From NCBI GenBank assembly GCA_045614835.1, contig JAZLDP010000004.1, forward strand, positions 1 through 48,139: a stretch of DNA of 48,139 nt. The letters run 5' to 3'. Numbering within the stretch: position 1 is the stretch's first letter; every line of letters begins with the position of its first letter. This document shows positions 8,996-15,143 of this stretch, one piece after another. The notes under the pieces were generated by a model, which had not been told where the DNA came from, did no database searches, and saw nothing but the letters and a program-made list of their open reading frames with translations. The stretch comes from Clostridia bacterium. Lineage in GTDB: Bacteria; Bacillota; Clostridia; Christensenellales; UBA1242. The translations under genes were made by a program, and so were the position numbers.

Positions 8996-9439
8996 TTATC
9001 CTCTTCCGTTTATGTTTATAGCTTCAACTATTTTGTCTGTCATAGAAGCCATAGAATTAGTTTGAGGTAAAGCATTAATTTCGTTTTTATATTTTTCTGT
9101 CCATATTCCAATAAATTTAGCCATACACATACCAGCTACAGCACACCAGCTTATTATATATAAATCTTCCATTACTGTTCTTAATAATGTTACTATGATA
9201 GCAAATATTATAAATCCACCTAAACCTTTTAATATTCCACTTTGTTTGGTAAATATTAAAACCATAAATATCATTGCAATAATGAAACCAAACATATTAC
9301 TTATACAAGTGGTTCTTTCTCCAAATAGTTTATCCCAGTTAATAACCATATAAATTATTATTGGAACTATTCCTAAAAACCCTTGTAAAAAGCTAAATAA
9401 ATAAAACTTAATTCTTGGATTTTTTGTCATAATTTTCAA
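8996..9439 (-). CDS. small polytopic membrane protein (about 4 TM), holin-like candidate
   Basis: 147-aa ORF from TTG 9439. An alternative ATG at 9430 is equally plausible, with the AAAGGAG box 4 nt or 13 nt upstream respectively. Four hydrophobic helices. Confidence 0.6.
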   Translation of the reverse strand: MKIMTKNPRIKFYLFSFLQGFLGIVPIIIYMVINWDKLFGERTTCISNMFGFIIAMIFMVLIFTKQSGILKGLGGFIIFAIIVTLLRTVMEDLYIISWCAVAGMCMAKFIGIWTEKYKNEINALPQTNSMASMTDKIVEAININGRG

Positions 9440-10103
9440 ACTTCTCCTTTAATACTGCAGTTAATCCGTTTTTTACTAAATTAGCATCGTTTAATAATGC
9501 AGTTTTTAATATATCCATCATTAATTTTTGCTTTTCTTCAAGGCTTATAACTTTATCATTAACAGTTTGATTTAAAACTTCAACTACTTTTGTTACTTGA
9601 TTTTTAAGATTTCTAATTTCTTCTTGTGAAGCTCCAGATTGTTTTAAGTTTTCTTCGTATTGTTTTTCCATTGTATTTAAAAATTGAATTACGAAATTTA
9701 ATATTTCTTGTGATTTATCTGCTTGTTCTTTTGTTAATGTGCCTTGTTCTTCACCTTTAGTAATTAAATCTTTTACTTTATTGATGGCTCTTCTTACATA
9801 AAAAAACAATACAGCTAAAGCTATTACAGTTCCACCTAAACTAGATAATAATGTATCCCAATTTGCTTCTAAAAATCCTTTTTTAGATTCATCTCCTAAA
9901 ATTTCTAAAATTGCATCTTTAATTTGCTCTTCAGTAAAAGATAAATTGTTATCTGGTTCTTCATTTTCATCAACGATTATTTCCTCCTCTTCGTTAACGA
10001 TTATTTCCTCTTCTTGATTTTCTACAGTTTCATCTGCATTTACTACTAATGGACAAAATGCAAACGAAATAATTAAAGCTAACACTAAAACTAATTTTTT
10101 CAT
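9408..10103 (-). CDS. secreted or membrane-anchored protein with signal peptide, acidic duplication, one TM and a coiled-coil tail
   Basis: 231-aa ORF with an AAGGAGAGGAAG SD; N-terminus MKKLVLVLALIISFAFCPLVVNA; duplicated EEEIIV(N/D)E; TM GGTVIALAVLFFYV. Confidence 0.8.
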   Translation of the reverse strand: MKKLVLVLALIISFAFCPLVVNADETVENQEEEIIVNEEEEIIVDENEEPDNNLSFTEEQIKDAILEILGDESKKGFLEANWDTLLSSLGGTVIALAVLFFYVRRAINKVKDLITKGEEQGTLTKEQADKSQEILNFVIQFLNTMEKQYEENLKQSGASQEEIRNLKNQVTKVVEVLNQTVNDKVISLEEKQKLMMDILKTALLNDANLVKNGLTAVLKEKFENYDKKSKN

Positions 10104-10141
10104 TGTCTTCCTCTCCTTATATTTAAGTATTTTATACCTCT

Positions 10142-10170
10142 ATTTTATAACAATATTTATCTATTTTCAA
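10142..10170 (-). promoter_or_regulatory. sigma70-type promoter (TTGAAA-17-TAAAAT, or extended -10 TGtTATAAA)
   Basis: the minus strand reads TTGAAA-atagataaatattgtta-TAAAAT, directly after terminator 10180-10209 and 39 nt (10104-10141 inclusive is 38 nt) upstream of ATG 10103. Confidence 0.6.
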
Positions 10171-10179
10171 TAATTATTT

Positions 10180-10209
10180 AAAAAAGCACTAGAAAATATT
10201 TCCTAGTGC
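10180..10209 (-). terminator. rho-independent terminator
   Basis: the minus strand reads GCACTAG-gaaatatttt-CTAGTGC followed by TTTTTT; sits just after the stop of CDS 10222..10584. Confidence 0.65.
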
Positions 10210-10221
10210 CAAGCTAAAAAA

Positions 10222-10584
10222 TTAAACAATCCAAAAATCTGTTATTATTTCGTTGCTACAATCCCATATATCTTCTATTGTTCCAAAGATAGAAACAGAT
10301 AAATGTCCATCCATACGAAGTAATAATATATTATTAGGAAAGTCTTCAGCAACTTCTTTAGCTGTTCTTCCATTACCAATATAATGAGGTAAACAAAAAT
10401 CATAATCTAAAAGCTTTTCGTAGCATCTTACTGATAAATCATCGCATTTAAATATCTCTCCGTTAATATGCAAATGTTTCATAACATCATAGTATGTTAT
10501 TCCCATTGCATTAGATATTGCTCTTATTACGCAATCTGGAATGTGATAACCGTTTGGATTAGCGTTATAATACCTATAAGGCAT
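10222..10584 (-). CDS. Tae4-like / NlpC-P60-superfamily Cys-His cell-wall amidase candidate (possible lysin)
   Basis: 120-aa ORF. PDCVIRAISNAMG (Cys box), MDGHLSVSIFG (His box), IWDCSNE and C-terminal FWIV resemble, from memory, the Cys/His/Asp arrangement of type VI amidase effector 4 proteins. Confidence 0.4.
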   Translation of the reverse strand: MPYRYYNANPNGYHIPDCVIRAISNAMGITYYDVMKHLHINGEIFKCDDLSVRCYEKLLDYDFCLPHYIGNGRTAKEVAEDFPNNILLLRMDGHLSVSIFGTIEDIWDCSNEIITDFWIV

Positions 10585-10586
10585 AA

Positions 10587-11252
10587 TTAATCTTTTTTAC
10601 CACCTTTTACAACTTCGCAATAATATGCTAATAACTTATCAGTTCCTTTATATTCAGAATCTTTATCCTCTAACCATTGTTTTGCTAATATCATATACGC
10701 TTGAGGAGAGCTTAAAAAATCAGCTTTAAAATCGCTCATAAGCATTAAGTATGTATAATAAAAGAGTTCTTCATCATAATCATTAAAGCTAACTCCCATT
10801 TGTTTTGCTTGTTTAATAACTTCTTCTTCTGGCATATTAAATAAAGCTTTTTGTTTTAATTTATGACTCCATTCCTTTAATTTATGCATATATTCTTTTT
10901 CTTTTTCTTTTAAATTACCGTTTGAGTAATCTCTTATAGCATTAGAATATCCATCGTTATAACCATCATTATAATCAAATGGTTTCATCATATTTGAAGA
11001 ATTAGGCATATATCTTGGATATTGTCCATATTGTTGACCCATACCAAAGTTGTGGCTATCCATTGATTGGTAATCGTTTCGGCTATCGTATCCACTATCA
11101 TATTTTGCATAATCATTTCCGTAATCGCCCATATCTCTCCCTCTTCCTCTTCGGTTGTCATTAGAATCTACATAACCACCTTTAGAACCGTAAGGGTTTC
11201 TGTAATCATTTTGAGAAGACTCAGTTAATTTCTTTTGTAAGTATTTATTCAT
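10587..11252 (-). CDS. hypothetical protein with a ~110-aa D/Y/G/N/R-rich low-complexity N-terminus and a helical C-terminal domain
   Basis: 221-aa ORF with an AAGGGGG SD; the N-terminal half is repetitive (GYVDSNDNRRGRGRDMGDYGNDYAKYDSGYDSRNDY...DYNDGYNDGYSN). Confidence 0.8.
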   Translation of the reverse strand: MNKYLQKKLTESSQNDYRNPYGSKGGYVDSNDNRRGRGRDMGDYGNDYAKYDSGYDSRNDYQSMDSHNFGMGQQYGQYPRYMPNSSNMMKPFDYNDGYNDGYSNAIRDYSNGNLKEKEKEYMHKLKEWSHKLKQKALFNMPEEEVIKQAKQMGVSFNDYDEELFYYTYLMLMSDFKADFLSSPQAYMILAKQWLEDKDSEYKGTDKLLAYYCEVVKGGKKD

Positions 11253-11255
11253 AAA

Positions 11256-11699
11256 CTAAACCCCCTTAAAAACATTTAATATTACATTTGTAACAGTAGA
11301 AGCCACACCTACATTAGCAATGCTTAATGTTTCAGCTACATTTGTAACACTATTTAAAACTAAATCTTTATCGGCTAATACATAATAATCTAATGTTACT
11401 GTATGGAATTCTGTTGTAGCAGTTGCAACAGATTCAGTTACAGTTGCACCAGCAATACCTACACCGTTTTCGAATAATTGAAATGTAACATCCCCAGTGG
11501 CTGGAGCAGTAAATGTAATAGTAGCTGTCACCTTATAAATGCCAGATTGTTGAATAATTAAGTCTGTGTTATTGCTTTCAAAAGCTCTTAATCCACAAGA
11601 ACCTTTCTTATCAAATCTACGGTAAACACTACCAAAATTAATAAAATCGCCTACAGCTAAAGCTTGGCTTGTTGTGTTTTTTAAACCAATTAAATACAT
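11256..11699 (-). CDS. BclA C-terminal / C1q-TNF-like jelly-roll protein (fibre-tip or head-fibre candidate)
   Basis: The start is trimmed to ATG 11699 (SD AAGGAGAAAC) because the 22 upstream codons of the track ORF overlap terminator 11733-11770. The beta-rich pattern SGIYKVTATITFTAPATGDVTFQLFENG...LSIANVGVASTVTNVILNV resembles exosporium BclA C-terminal domains. Confidence 0.45.
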   Translation of the reverse strand: MYLIGLKNTTSQALAVGDFINFGSVYRRFDKKGSCGLRAFESNNTDLIIQQSGIYKVTATITFTAPATGDVTFQLFENGVGIAGATVTESVATATTEFHTVTLDYYVLADKDLVLNSVTNVAETLSIANVGVASTVTNVILNVFKGV

Positions 11700-11732
11700 A
11701 TAATGTTTCTCCTTCTTGAAAAAATTGATTTT

Positions 11733-11770
11733 AAAAAAAAGGGCAATGGAGATTATTTCTCTCAATGCCC
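11733..11770 (-). terminator. rho-independent terminator
   Basis: the minus strand reads GGGCATTGAGAG-aaataa-TCTCCATTGCCC (about 10 bp, one mismatch, one bulge) followed by TTTTTTTT. Confidence 0.55.
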
Positions 11771-11818
11771 TAAGGATATTTTAATCTCCTATGTTAATGA
11801 TAGTTAATCACTTATTAA

Positions 11819-12475
11819 TTAAAGAATTGATACACCGTTATTAGTGTAGCAACAATTTGGGTTAGGTACGATATAAGCAGGTTTTGGACAAGCAGGTGCT
11901 AAAGCATTAATGATATATGCAGATTGAGCATCATTAGAAATTCTTCCCTTTAATGCAACATTCTCAGCTCTTAAAGCTTCAATCTTATCGCTTGTGTAAA
12001 TGTCAACTAAACGTTGATTTCCAGCATTAATAGCAGTTATGATATCACAAGTTTGCTTTTCATTGGCATATCTTACATCAGAAATTGCACTCTTTAATTC
12101 ACAGCAACAATTAGCTAAGTTATAACCAGCTTGAGCAAACCCTCTTTCTGTAGCATTAGCACTTTGTAAAATAGCTGTGTTTAATCCGCTAAATCCTTGA
12201 TTGATGAAATTTTGCATTGTAGCTTGACCTAAAATGATTGAATTTAAATCACTCATAATTTCTGATGTGCTAAAGCCACTAGCTAAATCTTGAGTTGTAG
12301 CATATCCGCCTCTTTGACCGTTTCCACCGAATCCCCAGCCACCATTACCAAACAATGAAGCAACGATTAGAAGACCAATTAAGCCTCCCCATTCGCCTCC
12401 CCACATTCCGTTGTTGTTGTATCCGTTAGTATCTCTACCAACAGCATAACCTTCAGCAAATGAATTTGTTTGCAT
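11819..12475 (-). CDS. Gly/Trp-rich membrane-anchored protein with a Cys-rich C-terminal domain
   Basis: 218-aa ORF with an AAAGGAG SD; GMWGGEWGGLIGLLIVASLFGNGGWGFGGNGQRGG; later NCCCELK, QTCD, APACPKP and NPNCCY. Confidence 0.8.
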   Translation of the reverse strand: MQTNSFAEGYAVGRDTNGYNNNGMWGGEWGGLIGLLIVASLFGNGGWGFGGNGQRGGYATTQDLASGFSTSEIMSDLNSIILGQATMQNFINQGFSGLNTAILQSANATERGFAQAGYNLANCCCELKSAISDVRYANEKQTCDIITAINAGNQRLVDIYTSDKIEALRAENVALKGRISNDAQSAYIINALAPACPKPAYIVPNPNCCYTNNGVSIL

Positions 12476-12588
12476 AGATAAAATCTCCTTTCATTAGATA
12501 AAATTTATTTATATTAAAAACACTTTTATTTAAACTTCGCTAATTGCTATCTAGAATTAATTAGCTCTTATTTAAAACTAAAGTATTG

Positions 12589-12831
12589 TTAATATCTCTG
12601 ATTAGCAACGTTAATCATTTGGTCAAAAACATTGCTTACTCTATCTATTGGAATATTATTTTGTCTTGCGTATTGAATAACAAAATCTTTGGGACTTAAA
12701 CCACTTGTCATCATTTGATTGTAAGTTACTTGTAAATTAGGATTTTGTTGTAAAATATAATTTATAGCATTTTGTGGAGTAGCATAACTATTTATTATGC
12801 CTCTTAATTGATTCATAACTTTTCCATTCAT
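12589..12831 (-). CDS. hypothetical protein
   Basis: 80-aa ORF; ATG 12831 preceded by GAAGGAG. Confidence 0.75.
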   Translation of the reverse strand: MNGKVMNQLRGIINSYATPQNAINYILQQNPNLQVTYNQMMTSGLSPKDFVIQYARQNNIPIDRVSNVFDQMINVANQRY

Positions 12832-12833
12832 AA

Positions 12834-13262
12834 TTAATTAACTCCTTCAAAATTGCCCGAATTTTGCCCTGTAATCGTTTTTTCGATTTTTTCGGTTAAA
12901 TTGTTAAGCCTTGAACTAAAGCTGTTTACAAACGAATTTAATTCTTCTTTAGTAGCATACATTTCTTCCTTAATATGTCCTTGTTCATCATACTCAACAG
13001 CTTTAATTTTAAATGTTTTCAAACTAGGCTTGCCTAAATTATCAGCACTCTTTACATAAAGCGTGTTACTATCATCATCAATTAAATAGTAAGTTTGATT
13101 AGGATTTACTATGAAAGCTTTTGCTCCTTCAATTCCGTTTACAAAAGTTAATGGTAAATACTTTTGTGTTGGTTGTTGAACTGGTTGTTGGTATATCGGT
13201 TGTTGATAACTTCCGTAACCTCCTCCATAAGGATTTTGATAATTTTGATAACTGTAATTCAT
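12834..13262 (-). CDS. hypothetical protein with a Y/Q/G/P-rich N-terminus, beta-rich core and coiled-coil tail
   Basis: 142-aa ORF with an AAGGAGG SD; N-terminus MNYSYQNYQNPYGGGYGSYQQPIYQQPVQQPTQ. Confidence 0.8.
   Translation of the reverse strand: MNYSYQNYQNPYGGGYGSYQQPIYQQPVQQPTQKYLPLTFVNGIEGAKAFIVNPNQTYYLIDDDSNTLYVKSADNLGKPSLKTFKIKAVEYDEQGHIKEEMYATKEELNSFVNSFSSRLNNLTEKIEKTITGQNSGNFEGVN
12849..12881 (-). repeat. S element copy embedded in the 3' end of CDS 12834..13262
   Basis: the minus strand reads AAAACGATTACAGGGCAAAATTCGGGCAATTTT and runs into GAAGGAG-TTAATTAATT-ATG of the next gene; aligns with 45664-45691. Confidence 0.7.
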
Positions 13263-13288
13263 AATCTTAAATTGCCTCCTTAAAAAGA

Positions 13289-13456
13289 TTATTTTTCAAA
13301 TTCGATGATATATTCAATAAGGCTTTTTAAATCGCCTTGTATATCCTTTTTATTAAGCATATCATTGTAAATCTTCTTAGCATTATCTTCACTGATGTTA
13401 TATTTTAAAAATAAATATTCAATAATTACTTGTTCCATATCGAGATTATATGACAT
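13289..13456 (-). CDS. hypothetical small helical protein
   Basis: 55 aa from ATG 13456 (the track ORF starts at TTG 13480); no convincing SD for any candidate start. Confidence 0.4.
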   Translation of the reverse strand: MSYNLDMEQVIIEYLFLKYNISEDNAKKIYNDMLNKKDIQGDLKSLIEYIIEFEK

Positions 13457-13492
13457 AACTTTTACTACAGTTATACTCAAATTTATGACAAT

Positions 13493-13522
13493 AAAAAAAA
13501 TGAACCGTTATTTAAACGGCTC
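13493..13522 (-). terminator. rho-independent terminator overlapping the stop of CDS 13508..14716
   Basis: the minus strand reads GAGCCGTT-taaat-AACGGTTC (8 bp including one G-U) followed by ATTTTTTTT. Confidence 0.55.
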
Positions 13523-14716
13523 ATCTTTTAATACTTGTTTAATTTTTTGTTTACTTCGATAAATAGATTGATTTGCTGTTTGATAATCGATATATTCAAT
13601 ATCAGCTATCTCTTGTAAAGTTTTACGCTCAATATATTTTAAAACCATTCTATTAGTGGCTTGCTCAGTTAAGCCAGCTATATCACATAGTTTTATTAAA
13701 TCTTCTTTAAGCATACCTTTTCTTAGTGTGATTCCATCATAATTAGTATAGTTCATATAACAATACATTACATACATCATATAAGCAACTAAGCAACCTA
13801 TAAGAATATTACATAATACTGAAATGTATAAAGGTAACGATAATCTTGTAGCAGTAACAAAAATTAAAACAGCTAATGTGGTACATACTAACACGCTATC
13901 TGAATGATAACTTTTACCGTAAACCTGTCTCATAAATACAAACGAAATAAAAATCAGCAAATACTCTAAAATAACATTATTTACAAAATAGCATATCGTA
14001 CCTACTAAGAATAACTGAGTTATAGATAGCATTACAATAAATATTTTGTAACCAAGTTCAACCTCTACTTTTTGAACATTTTCTTGATTTTGTTGTACAT
14101 TTTCTTTAAAGCTGTTTCGCTTGGAAAGAAAAACCAACTTGGTCTTCCATCGTTCATACAATGACACTCCTTTCTTTAATTCTCTTAACAATGTTAATGT
14201 TAATAATATGTAATAATCTATTTGTAAAATAGATTCTACTCTAAAATCTACGTTTCTAATATCAGTGTTTATATTTTTATAAAACATAGTTAATAACTGA
14301 TATATAGAAACAATAATAGATACTACCACACAATCAAACAAAATTTCTTTTAAAGTTAATTTTGAAAAGCATCGTATAATGATTACATAAATTGAAAAAT
14401 CAACAATTAAGAAATAAGGTGATTTTAAATTAAAAGTTATTAAATAATCAAATATATTTAATAATATTATTACCAATAACTCTTTTAGTTTAACAAATCT
14501 TTTTAATATAATCAATGACATAAATATGCCATTTAAAATAAATAAAGATAAATTAATAACTACACGAAATGTATAATTTAAACTTACCACTTTATCGGGT
14601 ATTTCAAACTCTTTAAAACCTAGAAACTTTAATAAAGAACAAAGTATAACGGTGAACCAAAAGAGCTGAATAAGTCTGTCGTAAACAAACTCTTTATTGA
14701 TTTTCTTTATATTCAC
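13508..14716 (-). CDS. polytopic membrane protein (about 10 TM) fused to a C-terminal sigma-70 region-4-type HTH
   Basis: 402-aa ORF, GTG start with an AGAGGAAG SD. Hydrophobic helices run through aa ~15-320. The C-terminus LTEQATNRMVLKYIERKTLQEIADIEYIDYQTANQSIYRSKQKIKQVL fits the sigma r4 / ECF-LuxR HTH pattern. Confidence 0.55.
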   Translation of the reverse strand: MNIKKINKEFVYDRLIQLFWFTVILCSLLKFLGFKEFEIPDKVVSLNYTFRVVINLSLFILNGIFMSLIILKRFVKLKELLVIILLNIFDYLITFNLKSPYFLIVDFSIYVIIIRCFSKLTLKEILFDCVVVSIIVSIYQLLTMFYKNINTDIRNVDFRVESILQIDYYILLTLTLLRELKKGVSLYERWKTKLVFLSKRNSFKENVQQNQENVQKVEVELGYKIFIVMLSITQLFLVGTICYFVNNVILEYLLIFISFVFMRQVYGKSYHSDSVLVCTTLAVLIFVTATRLSLPLYISVLCNILIGCLVAYMMYVMYCYMNYTNYDGITLRKGMLKEDLIKLCDIAGLTEQATNRMVLKYIERKTLQEIADIEYIDYQTANQSIYRSKQKIKQVLKDEPFK

Positions 14717-15125
14717 TTGCTTCTTCCTCTACTTCTTTATAATATTTAGGCAAATCAACTCTAGGAGTATTATTGTAACTGTAATCAATTCCTAAATATA
14801 TTTTATTTCCCATTTCAAAACCATCGTGAATTCTAACAAACTTTTTGCCTGTGTATAAGTTTTCTTTATTTAAGCATATATCAAAAGCTTCTTCATTTAC
14901 AACACCAGCTATTATTACATTATTTTTAACGATAATTTCACATTTAAGCCCATCATCAATTTCAATAAACATTTCAGGCGTTTCATTATCTTTTAACGTA
15001 TAACAAACACCTAATTTTTCTGCATCGGTAATGCGTTGAAGCTGATACCCTGTATTACAAGGCATCAACTCCAATGCTTTTTCATTAGTCAAACCTGCAT
15101 ATAAAGTTTTATTAATTATAATCAT
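14694..15125 (-). CDS. hypothetical protein
   Basis: 143-aa ORF with an AAAGGAAA SD. Confidence 0.8.
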   Translation of the reverse strand: MIIINKTLYAGLTNEKALELMPCNTGYQLQRITDAEKLGVCYTLKDNETPEMFIEIDDGLKCEIIVKNNVIIAGVVNEEAFDICLNKENLYTGKKFVRIHDGFEMGNKIYLGIDYSYNNTPRVDLPKYYKEVEEEASEYKENQ

Positions 15126-15143
15126 AATTTTCCTTTCTTTATT

